Below, piece by piece: positions 47,366 to 55,868 of a stretch of 64,000 bases of DNA (positions are counted from its first letter, which is position 1; every line of letters begins with the position of its first letter). Position numbers and translations under genes: made by a program. The stretch comes from a virus: IMG/VR virus record IMGVR_UViG_3300044629_000131, positions 1-64,000 of that record. One strand, written 5' to 3'. The notes under the pieces are model-generated. The model worked only from the letters and a program-made list of their open reading frames with translations, was not told where the DNA came from and made no database searches.

Positions 47366-48834
47366 TGACACTCCTTTCTGTTAAAAAGAAAAACGAAGTA
47401 TACGTCACCATTCAGTCCGCAGAGCCCCATGTTCATATGGAGCTTTCGGACTATTTTACTTTTGAGGTTCCAGAAGCAAAGTTCTTAAAGAAAAATCCTC
47501 GTTACAAATACTGGGATGGAACTATTCGTCTGTATTCTCCTGGTACTGGCGAACTGTATGGTGGTTTAATGAAACACCTTGAGGTGTGGGCAGCGGAGCG
47601 TCAGTACACAATACAATACGAAAAGAATGATTGGTATGGCGATGTTCAAGAAACTAACGACTTTGTTTCTCCTGCTGGTATCAAAACATTTATGGACAAA
47701 ATCACCAGAGAAGGAATTACTCCAAGAGAGTATCAATACCGTGCTGTCTACGAAGCAATAAAGAATAATCGCAAATTACTTCTTTCTCCTACGGGGTCGG
47801 GGAAATCTCTGATGATCTATTCCCTCGTCAGATACTATACTGCTACCAACAAGCAAACGTTGATCATCGTCCCTACTACGTCCCTGGTAGAACAGATGGT
47901 TAATGACTTTAAAGATTACGGGTGGAATGCTGATGAGCATGTTCATAAAATTTACTCTGGTAAAGATAAGAATACTGATAAACCGATCATCATTTCCACC
48001 TGGCAATCAATCTATAAGTTTCCCAAGAGATACTTTGATGATTTTGATTGCGTGATTGGTGATGAAGCACACCTGTTTAAGTCTAAATCACTTACTGGTA
48101 TTATGACAAAGCTTCATAATGCGAAGTATAGATTTGGTTTTACTGGAACCCTTGATGGTAGTAAGACACACAAGTGGGTATTAGAAGGTTTGTTTGGTGA
48201 TTGTGAGCGTGTAACAAAAACTGATGATCTTATTCGTGAAGGACATCTATCTAAATTTAGGATCAAAGTTTTACTTTGTAAACATGCTCCACAATATTTT
48301 GATACATATCATGATGAAATTGATTATCTTGTCAATCATAAAGGAAGAAATAATTTAATCAAAAATCTTGTTAAAGATATTGATGGCAATACACTCGTGT
48401 TATTCAACTATGTGGAGAAGCATGGAGAACCACTTTTTGATCTAATAAATAACACAATAGATCCCACAAGAAAAATATTCTTTGTTCATGGTGGGACTGA
48501 CGTTGAAGACAGAGAAGAAGTACGACAAATTACCGAGAGTGAAAACAATGCTGTGATCATTGCTTCATACGGTACTTTCTCAACTGGCATCAACATCAAA
48601 AGATTACACAATATTATTTTTGCTTCACCCAGTAAGTCACGTATACGTAATTTACAGTCCATCGGAAGGGTCCTACGTAAAGGTGAAGGAAAGGACATCG
48701 CAACCTTATATGATATTGCTGATGATATAGGTGGTCAAAATTATACACTAAAACATCTGAATGAAAGGGTTAATATTTACAACGAAGAAAACTTTAAGTA
48801 TGAGGTTATTAAAGTAAATTTACGCGCAAGTTAA
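47365..48834 (+). CDS. uvsW: SF2 helicase UvsW
   Basis: WDGTIRL, SPTGSGKS, DEAH, GFTGTL, FSTGINIK.LH, QSIGRVLR. Confidence 0.97.
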   Translation: MTLLSVKKKNEVYVTIQSAEPHVHMELSDYFTFEVPEAKFLKKNPRYKYWDGTIRLYSPGTGELYGGLMKHLEVWAAERQYTIQYEKNDWYGDVQETNDFVSPAGIKTFMDKITREGITPREYQYRAVYEAIKNNRKLLLSPTGSGKSLMIYSLVRYYTATNKQTLIIVPTTSLVEQMVNDFKDYGWNADEHVHKIYSGKDKNTDKPIIISTWQSIYKFPKRYFDDFDCVIGDEAHLFKSKSLTGIMTKLHNAKYRFGFTGTLDGSKTHKWVLEGLFGDCERVTKTDDLIREGHLSKFRIKVLLCKHAPQYFDTYHDEIDYLVNHKGRNNLIKNLVKDIDGNTLVLFNYVEKHGEPLFDLINNTIDPTRKIFFVHGGTDVEDREEVRQITESENNAVIIASYGTFSTGINIKRLHNIIFASPSKSRIRNLQSIGRVLRKGEGKDIATLYDIADDIGGQNYTLKHLNERVNIYNEENFKYEVIKVNLRAS

Positions 48835-48835
48835 T

Positions 48836-49234
48836 ATGGAAGAAGAATTTTATGCGACACTAAAATTAGTTTCTGGGGAAGAGATAGTAGCAAGGGTTTG
48901 CTATCTTCCAGATGAAGACAAACTTATGTTGGATAAACCATTAGCAGTTGAAACAGCAAAACAAAAAAAGGGTCACATGGAAGTGACTGGGTTTACTTTA
49001 AAAGAATGGATCTCAGCTACATTTGATGATATGTTTATTATCAAACGAGATCACATTCTTACGATGACAGAATTGGATGAAACAATTGAAGAGTTCTATA
49101 TAAAAACAGTTCAAAAAATTGAAAGCGCCAAAACGCTAATCGGTAGAGGAAACAAACTTCCCAGAAGAGCTGGTTATCTCGGGTCTATTAAGGAAGTGAA
49201 AAAATCTTTAGAAGATATCTATAAGAAAAGTTAA
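48836..49234 (+). CDS. Conserved hypothetical protein (Sm-like fold suspected)
   Basis: LKLVSGEEIVA...L..P...W...I....I pattern shared with the three ORFs at 62965-63911. Confidence 0.75.
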   Translation: MEEEFYATLKLVSGEEIVARVCYLPDEDKLMLDKPLAVETAKQKKGHMEVTGFTLKEWISATFDDMFIIKRDHILTMTELDETIEEFYIKTVQKIESAKTLIGRGNKLPRRAGYLGSIKEVKKSLEDIYKKS

Positions 49235-49267
49235 GAGCTCTATTTCCCTTGAACCCCTGACAGAGTT

Positions 49268-49296
49268 ATTGTACTGGGTTTCTGAGGTCATGTCAA
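49268..49296 (-). promoter_or_regulatory. Minus-strand sigma70-type promoter TTGACA-17-TACAAT (antisense)
   Basis: tgtcaa at 49291-49296 and attgta at 49268-49273 on the + strand, with an exact 17-nt spacer. Confidence 0.65.
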
Positions 49297-49302
49297 GCCC
49301 CC

Positions 49303-49331
49303 TTTACAATTGAACGATACGATGCTATACT
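49303..49331 (+). promoter_or_regulatory. sigma70-type promoter for gp55
   Basis: TTTACA-17-TATACT with an extended TGn. Confidence 0.8.
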
Positions 49332-49355
49332 TGATACAAATCATGTGAGACAACC

Positions 49356-49865
49356 GTGACATTCGCAGTAATGACAAGAAAAAAACAGACAGAAAATTAC
49401 GTCAATAACAAAGAGTTTCTTGCTGCGATCAGTGAGTACCGATCTAAGGTTATTGCTGCGAAGGAAGCTGGTAAACCTCGCCCCCGAGTAACAAACTACT
49501 TGGGGGAATGCTTCCTAAAAATTGCCACACATCTTTCTTACAAACCAAACTTTGTCAACTACATGTTCCGTGAGGACATGATTTGTGACGGTATTGAAAA
49601 CTGCTTACAGTATATTGATAACTTTGATCCAGAGAAATCAACTAACCCGTTTGCCTATTTCACTCAAATTATCTACTACGCTTTTCTCCGCCGTATACAA
49701 AAGGAAAAGAAACAGCTTGAAATTAAAGGAAAAATTCTTGAACGATCAGGATATGACGAAGTGATGCACACAGACACATTTGATGGTACAATGTCTGGTA
49801 TGAACGCTTCCTATTCTGACATGGGAACTATCAAAGAAAGTATTGAAACCCGAATGAACCGATGA
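49356..49865 (+). CDS. gp55: Late-transcription sigma factor gp55
   Basis: YVNNKEFL, GECFLKIA..LS.KPNF.NY, NPFAYFTQI.YYAFLRRI.KEK. Confidence 0.97.
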   Translation: MTFAVMTRKKQTENYVNNKEFLAAISEYRSKVIAAKEAGKPRPRVTNYLGECFLKIATHLSYKPNFVNYMFREDMICDGIENCLQYIDNFDPEKSTNPFAYFTQIIYYAFLRRIQKEKKQLEIKGKILERSGYDEVMHTDTFDGTMSGMNASYSDMGTIKESIETRMNR

Positions 49866-50074
49866 ATGATTATGAGTGGATTGATGAATGTTTCCGTGTC
49901 GAACAGAAACGCTTTGGAACTTGGTCTAGCTACGATAAAGAAGGTAAGGGCATCCTCACCACACTTAGTAAGGAACACCTTATCGCTTCGACCCGTTGGT
50001 ATCTACGAGCAAAACAAGAAGGGTTCTCTGAACCAACTATTCAATACGATGGAACTGTTGGAGGTAAACTATGA
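49862..50074 (+). CDS. Hypothetical protein
   Basis: ATGA overlaps at both ends; ends YDGTVGGKL. Confidence 0.75.
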   Translation: MNDYEWIDECFRVEQKRFGTWSSYDKEGKGILTTLSKEHLIASTRWYLRAKQEGFSEPTIQYDGTVGGKL

Positions 50075-51111
50075 AGATCGCTCTAATTACTGACCAGCAT
50101 CTTGATGGACGCAAAGGATCTCTGGCATTCTGGAATTACTTTCAGAAGTTTTATGATGAAGTATTTTTTCCTATACTAGAAAAGAAAAAAGTTACTCACA
50201 TTATTGACCTTGGAGATACATTTGACAATCGTAAGTCAATGGACTTCAATACATTTCATCGTGTGAAGGAGCATTACTTTGACAAACTACAAGGTTACAA
50301 AGTTCATATGCTTCTTGGTAATCATTGTACTTATTACAAAAATACCAACCGTATCAACTCACCTGAACTCTTACTGGAACAGTATTCAAACATCCGCATT
50401 TATTCTTCACCAGAGCATCTTACAATAGGTAGTAAGAAGTTCCTGATGTTGCCTTGGATCAACGCAGAGAACCGTGATGATGTCTTAAAGCTACTTGAAA
50501 CTTCTGATGCTGATATTTGTTGCGGTCACCTTGAACTTACTGGATTTGAAGTTACGCCTGGTATGATGATGGATCATGGTATGGATCCAAAACTATTCCA
50601 TCGTTTCAACCGTGTCTGGTCTGGACATTTTCATCATCGTTCAAAGAAAGGGAATATTCAGTATCTTGGCAATCCTTATCAAATGTATTGGAATGATTAC
50701 AAGGACACCCGTGGATTTCATATTTACGATACTCAAAGTGATAAACTTGAGTTTATCCCTAACCCGTTCGAGATCTTCGAAAAGATTATCTACGACGACA
50801 CAAAGGCAGACTACAACAAACAAGATGTGTCTGATTATAAAGACAAGTACATCAAGATCGTCGTTGATGAAAAGAAAGACTACCAAATGTTTGAAACGTT
50901 GGTTGATCGTCTTTACAACGTAGGAGTTCATGATGTAAAGATTATTGAAAATCTTGTTGGCGAAGACAGCAAAACCGACATCGAAATGTCCGCAAAAGAT
51001 ACATTAACACTTCTGAATGAGTATATTGATGAAGTAGAAATGACCGTCAGTAAATCAGATCTTAAGACACTTATGAGATCTCTATATATTGAGAGCTGTA
51101 ACGTTGTCTAA
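50071..51111 (+). CDS. gp47: Recombination nuclease subunit gp47 (Mre11/SbcD-like)
   Basis: ITDQH, LGDTFD, GNH, SGHFH, YLGNPY. Confidence 0.96.
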   Translation: MKIALITDQHLDGRKGSLAFWNYFQKFYDEVFFPILEKKKVTHIIDLGDTFDNRKSMDFNTFHRVKEHYFDKLQGYKVHMLLGNHCTYYKNTNRINSPELLLEQYSNIRIYSSPEHLTIGSKKFLMLPWINAENRDDVLKLLETSDADICCGHLELTGFEVTPGMMMDHGMDPKLFHRFNRVWSGHFHHRSKKGNIQYLGNPYQMYWNDYKDTRGFHIYDTQSDKLEFIPNPFEIFEKIIYDDTKADYNKQDVSDYKDKYIKIVVDEKKDYQMFETLVDRLYNVGVHDVKIIENLVGEDSKTDIEMSAKDTLTLLNEYIDEVEMTVSKSDLKTLMRSLYIESCNVV

Positions 51112-51112
51112 T

Positions 51113-51376
51113 ATGTACATCGTAACTTTGGAAGATCACCCAGATGGCGTATACTCTGTCTTTGATGAACAAGAAGACAGAGTAATTCCTATCTTTCAAG
51201 AAGAAGATGATGCTGACCGTTACCTTATGATGTTAGAAGAAGACCCAGACTATCCACCAATGCAGATAGTTGAGGTTGACGACCATGTTATAATAGGAGC
51301 ATGTCAAGAGAGAGGACATAGGTTCTCAATCATAACTCCTGATGACTTTTTGATCCCACCCGATGATTTAGAATGA
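51113..51376 (+). CDS. DUF3110-like acidic protein
   Basis: GVYSV...IPIFQEEDDADRY..ML...P and ITPDDFLIPP. Confidence 0.7.
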   Translation: MYIVTLEDHPDGVYSVFDEQEDRVIPIFQEEDDADRYLMMLEEDPDYPPMQIVEVDDHVIIGACQERGHRFSIITPDDFLIPPDDLE

Positions 51377-53103
51377 TTATTTTTAAAAAGATCCGATGGA
51401 AAAACTTTCTCTCTACTGGGAATGTTTTTAGTGAAGTTGATTTACAAGCAGCAAAAACAAATCTGATCATCGGTTCCAACGGAGCTGGTAAGAGTACCAT
51501 TTTGGATGCTCTTACTTTTTCTTTGTTTGGCAAACCATTTCGTAAGATCAACAAGCCTCTGCTGGTTAATAGTATCAACGAAAAAGACTGTCTTACCGAA
51601 ATTGAATTTAGCATCGGCAAGAATGATTACAAAGTGGTTCGTGGGATCAAACCAAACAAATTTGAGATCTATTGTAACGATCAGTTGTGGAACCAAGAAA
51701 GCACGGTTGTAGATCAGCAAAAGAACTTCGAACAAAACGTTCTCAAACTGAACTACAAATCATTCACTCAGATTGTAGTGCTTGGTTCTTCAACTTTCGT
51801 TCCATTTATGCGTTTGCCTCTGGCACAACGCAGAGAGATCATCGAAGATATCCTTGATATTCAAGTATTCTCTACGATGAATATTCTTCTCAAAGATAAA
51901 GTCCGAGAGAATAATGAAGAGATCAAGAACCTTGACTATGAACTTCACCTCCTGGGAGAGAAGATTGATATTCAGAAGAAGTATATGCTTGAACTGGAGA
52001 AAAAGACAAAGGAAGAGATTGACCGTAAGCAAAATAAAATTGCTGTATTGTTAGAAGATGAAAACACACAGCATCATGAGATTGCGCGTCTGACTTCTGA
52101 AGTCGAAAAACATTCTAAAGAAATGGAAGCACTCTCAAATTCTTCTTCTAAGTTAAAGAAGTTAAACACCTTTCTCTTTAAAATCCAATCAAAACTTTCA
52201 TCATGTCAAAAAGAACACCAGTTCTTTACTGACAATCATGTGTGTCCTACCTGTACTCAAGACCTGAGTGAAGATTTTAGACAGAGTAAGATTGCTGAGG
52301 GAGAGGGTGAATTAAATAATCTCCAGACTGGTATTGAAGATCTGCTAGATGCCATCGCAAAAGAAGAGGAGCGAGAAAATGAATTCGCAAGACTATCAAA
52401 AATTATACTTGGCTTCAACTCTTCTATTACTCAAGCGAATTATCAGATTACTTCCATACGAAAAACAATCGGTGATATAGAAACCGAGATTAAAGAACTG
52501 GAAGAAACTAACCCAGACAAGAAAGCAGAGTTTGTCAAACTTGAAGGACTTGTTACGAATAAAAAAGATTTGGGCAAGACCTTTGCCGAATACAAGAAAG
52601 ATCGTGATACACTATTGGTGGCATCGCAGTTGTTGAAAGACAACGGGATCAAGACCAGGATTATCAAAACCTATCTCCCAGCGATGAACCAACTGATCAA
52701 TCAATATCTTCAGCGTATGGATTTCTATGTGAATTTTACGTTGAATGAGAACTTTGAAGAGATCATCAAATCCAGATATCGTGATGTGTTTTCTTATGAT
52801 AGTTTCAGCGAAGGAGAGAAAGCTAGGATTGATATTGCTTTGTTGCTTACTTGGAGAGCTATTGCTAAGCTCAAGAATAGCGTGGATACTAACCTCCTTA
52901 TTCTAGATGAGATCTTTGATAGTTCTTTGGATCAGCAAGGTGGCAGCGATCTCGGTTGGATCCTAAGAAACTTTGATGATAATACAAATGTATATGTCAT
53001 CAGTCATCGAGAACAACTAGAAGGAAAGTTTGATAGAACAATTACAGCGGTGAAGGAAAAGAATTTCTCCGTCATCCAGCAGACAGTTTCTGAACTGGAC
53101 TAG
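51373..53103 (+). CDS. gp46: Recombination ATPase gp46 (Rad50/SbcC-like)
   Basis: GSNGAGKST, zinc hook CPTC, FSEGEK signature, LILDE, VISH. Confidence 0.97.
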   Translation: MIIFKKIRWKNFLSTGNVFSEVDLQAAKTNLIIGSNGAGKSTILDALTFSLFGKPFRKINKPLLVNSINEKDCLTEIEFSIGKNDYKVVRGIKPNKFEIYCNDQLWNQESTVVDQQKNFEQNVLKLNYKSFTQIVVLGSSTFVPFMRLPLAQRREIIEDILDIQVFSTMNILLKDKVRENNEEIKNLDYELHLLGEKIDIQKKYMLELEKKTKEEIDRKQNKIAVLLEDENTQHHEIARLTSEVEKHSKEMEALSNSSSKLKKLNTFLFKIQSKLSSCQKEHQFFTDNHVCPTCTQDLSEDFRQSKIAEGEGELNNLQTGIEDLLDAIAKEEERENEFARLSKIILGFNSSITQANYQITSIRKTIGDIETEIKELEETNPDKKAEFVKLEGLVTNKKDLGKTFAEYKKDRDTLLVASQLLKDNGIKTRIIKTYLPAMNQLINQYLQRMDFYVNFTLNENFEEIIKSRYRDVFSYDSFSEGEKARIDIALLLTWRAIAKLKNSVDTNLLILDEIFDSSLDQQGGSDLGWILRNFDDNTNVYVISHREQLEGKFDRTITAVKEKNFSVIQQTVSELD

Positions 53104-53150
53104 GGGTGCCTCTAAGGGGGTGCCCCTTTTGCTATGCTTACCACATCAGC
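53082..53150 (+). promoter_or_regulatory. Early-type promoter: palindromic box, overlapping terminator hairpin, and extended -10
   Basis: GACAGTTtctgAACTGGAC (53082-53100), GC hairpin plus TTTT (about 53103-53130), then TG-c-TATGCT (53133-53138) and ACATCAGC. Confidence 0.65.
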
Positions 53151-53159
53151 AAAAAACCC

Positions 53160-55319
53160 ATGACCCGCCAAGAAATCAAGGGCAACCTCGCCCGCCTACT
53201 CGCTACTGAGAACCTCGTTGTAGAGCACCGTAACTGCCCTACAGCGTGCTTCAACGTTGAGACCCGTGTACTGACCCTCCCGAACTGGGACCGTGCTTCC
53301 AGCACCGTATACGATATGCTGGTGGGTCATGAAGTGGGACACGCTCTCTTTACTCCCAACGAAGACTGGACTGCCAAGGTAGATTGCCCCAAAGACTTCA
53401 TCAACGTGATTGAGGATGCGCGTATCGAGAAGCTGATGAAGCGTAAGTATCCTGGTCTGCGTAAGTCTTTTGCTGGTGGGTATCAAGAACTGAATGCCCA
53501 AGATTTCTTTGGCATCAAAGGTGATGATCTGAATACTTATAGTTTGATTGACCGTATCAATCTTCACTTCAAGGTTGGTGCTGGTGCCTTCATTCCTTTC
53601 TCTGTTGATGAGCAAGTGTTTGTTGCTCGTACTGAGGAAGCAGAAAGCTTTGATGAAGTGCTCCAGATTGCTGTTGATGTTTATAACTTCAGCAAGCAAG
53701 AGAAAGAACTTGAGCAAGTTGATGCTAATGTTAATATTGACCAGACTACTCAAGGTGGGGGTGGTTCCACTCAATTTGGGGGTGATAATGAACCAGAAGA
53801 AGGTGATGCTGATGAAGATCAACCTTCTGGTGGCGCTGATCAGCAAGGTCAGCAAACTGGTGGTGCCACTCAACCGAAAGGTGAAGATGCTGATGCTGCT
53901 GGTGATGAAGGTGATGAAGAGAGTTCTAAAACTCAAGATGCGTTTGATCGTGCTTCTGAGCGCCTGACTAATACTTTCTCTGGTGGTAATACTTACTATG
54001 TTGAGATCCCAGACAGTGTGGTTCTTGATGAGTATGTTGCTGACTGGACTGAAGTCCATGACTGGATTGATGAGCAGCGTGAAGGTCTTAATGATATTCT
54101 GCTTGAGACTGCTTACGACGGTGTTGATGCTGACTATCAATCTTTCCGTAAGCAATCTCAGAAAGAAGTAAATTATCTGGTAAAAGAGTTTGAGTGTCGC
54201 AAATCTGCTGATGCTTATGCTCGTGCTGGTCAATCCAAGACTGGTGTGCTTGACACTACCAAGATTCACACGTATCTTTACAACGAAGATATCTTCAAGA
54301 AAGTTACTGTTCTTCCTGACGGTAAGAACCATGGTCTGCTGTTCCTTCTGGACTGGTCTGGTTCGATGCAGCGTGAGATCTTTGCTACTGTCAAACAGCT
54401 TCTGAACCTTACTGCCTTCTGTAAGAAAGTTCAGATCCCGTTTGAGGTGTATGCTTTCACGAACGATTACTTCCCTGTTCGTCGTGCCAAGGAAGGTAAA
54501 TCTCCGTATGTTTCTAATGATGAATACTTTGCCGCTAATGGTTGCCATGATGGCAAAGTGTATCTCCAGAAAGGTATGTTCCATCTGGTGAATTTTGTTT
54601 CTTCTCGTTCTAACGGCAAAGACTATGAGCGTATGTGCCGTAATCTTTTCCGAGAAGCATACACCTATACCTACCACACTTACTATGGTGCCACTACTGG
54701 TCTTGGTTTGTCTGGCACTCCTCTGAACGAGGGTATCGTGATGCTCAACTACATCATTCCTCAGTTCAAGAAACAGAACGATCTTCAGAAAGTAAATGTC
54801 TGTATTCTTTCTGATGGTGAAGCTTGCCAGACTTCCTATGGTCGTAAGTTGTATGATGAATACCGTGATAGGAACTATGTTCGTCCTCGCCGTCTAGACA
54901 ACAGCACTTGTTTGCGTGATCGTCAAACTGGTCGTGTCTACAAACCGTTTGAAGGTTGGGATGGTAACACCAATACGTTCATTCAACAACTGCGTGACCG
55001 TAATCCTGGCGTGAATGTGTTGGGTTTCCGTATTCTTTCTGGTTCCCAACTCTCCAACTTCGTCTGCTCCTATGCTGACATTGATTATTATGGAGAAGTT
55101 CAGAAGCAGTGGAAGAAAGAGAAGTCTGCTATCATCCCGCATCCCAAAGCATTCACCGCTTTGTATGCCATCAGTAACAGTTCTCTTGACGAGAGTTCTG
55201 TGTTTGATGTAGAGTCTGGTGCCAACAAGGGTGACATTACCAAAGCATTCAAAAAGATGCTGAATTCTAAAACCACCAACAAAAAACTTCTTAATTCTTT
55301 CGTGGAGTATGTCGCATGA
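53160..55319 (+). CDS. CobT-like protein: HEXXH metallopeptidase-like domain, acidic linker, VWA domain
   Basis: HEVGH and NVIEDARIE; D/E/G/Q linker; MIDAS LLDWSGSM, GTPL and SDGE. Confidence 0.88.
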   Translation: MTRQEIKGNLARLLATENLVVEHRNCPTACFNVETRVLTLPNWDRASSTVYDMLVGHEVGHALFTPNEDWTAKVDCPKDFINVIEDARIEKLMKRKYPGLRKSFAGGYQELNAQDFFGIKGDDLNTYSLIDRINLHFKVGAGAFIPFSVDEQVFVARTEEAESFDEVLQIAVDVYNFSKQEKELEQVDANVNIDQTTQGGGGSTQFGGDNEPEEGDADEDQPSGGADQQGQQTGGATQPKGEDADAAGDEGDEESSKTQDAFDRASERLTNTFSGGNTYYVEIPDSVVLDEYVADWTEVHDWIDEQREGLNDILLETAYDGVDADYQSFRKQSQKEVNYLVKEFECRKSADAYARAGQSKTGVLDTTKIHTYLYNEDIFKKVTVLPDGKNHGLLFLLDWSGSMQREIFATVKQLLNLTAFCKKVQIPFEVYAFTNDYFPVRRAKEGKSPYVSNDEYFAANGCHDGKVYLQKGMFHLVNFVSSRSNGKDYERMCRNLFREAYTYTYHTYYGATTGLGLSGTPLNEGIVMLNYIIPQFKKQNDLQKVNVCILSDGEACQTSYGRKLYDEYRDRNYVRPRRLDNSTCLRDRQTGRVYKPFEGWDGNTNTFIQQLRDRNPGVNVLGFRILSGSQLSNFVCSYADIDYYGEVQKQWKKEKSAIIPHPKAFTALYAISNSSLDESSVFDVESGANKGDITKAFKKMLNSKTTNKKLLNSFVEYVA

Positions 55320-55825
55320 ACATTTTTGTCACCTCGCCATTTCCTGCCGAGAGTGCCATTTGTTTGCCAGATAAACATATCGTAAAGATGCCACTTGAGT
55401 GTTGCCAGATGTTATCCATCGTGGCATCCAAGTGGTATCATAATTATGGTCCTATTCATAAAGCAGATGGTATCGCATATCGCACAGAAAAGGGTGCGTT
55501 TCGCAATCACCCATGTACTAAGTGGGCATCTGAAACTATTGATAATGCCTATTGGTTGATTAAGTGGGGCATGAACTTGTGTGATGAATACTCTGTTCGT
55601 TATGGTAAGTTTCATTCTTGCTACAACACTTTGCTGGAAGCATATTATCTTTTCCCCAAAGGTAAGATCACAGAGGTGACACCATTTGCTCGTGCGATGC
55701 CTGATGAATATAAATTAGACACCAGTATTGACACCTTCACGGCATACAAAATGTATATTGCCAGCAAGCCATGGGTGGCATCCAACTACCTGCGTATGCC
55801 ACTTCGCAAACCGTCCTGGGTCTGA
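55316..55825 (+). CDS. Pyrimidine-dimer DNA glycosylase-like (DenV/Pyr_excise family)
   Basis: MNIF......SA..LPDKHIVKMPLE.CQML, HPCTKW, LC.EY..RYGK.H, AMPDEYK. Confidence 0.8.
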   Translation: MNIFVTSPFPAESAICLPDKHIVKMPLECCQMLSIVASKWYHNYGPIHKADGIAYRTEKGAFRNHPCTKWASETIDNAYWLIKWGMNLCDEYSVRYGKFHSCYNTLLEAYYLFPKGKITEVTPFARAMPDEYKLDTSIDTFTAYKMYIASKPWVASNYLRMPLRKPSWV

Positions 55826-55865
55826 CGCCAAACCGCCCTGCCTGCCCTATACTAAGTACATCAAC
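55798..55865 (+). promoter_or_regulatory. Second copy of the early-type promoter
   Basis: GCCACTTcgcaAACCGTCC (55798-55816), 31 nt, TATACT (55848-55853), then ACATCAAC. Same layout as 53082. Confidence 0.65.
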
Positions 55866-55868
55866 GAA

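Noticed and set aside
35427-53103. Inteins or introns in gp17, gp20, gp23, uvsW or gp46
   Set aside because: The ORFs are uninterrupted and of ordinary length, and I saw no splicing motifs.
53196-54677. 493-aa minus-strand ORF
   Set aside because: Codon-aligned shadow of the VWA gene, explained by the absence of TTA/CTA/TCA in the sense frame. No recognisable motifs.
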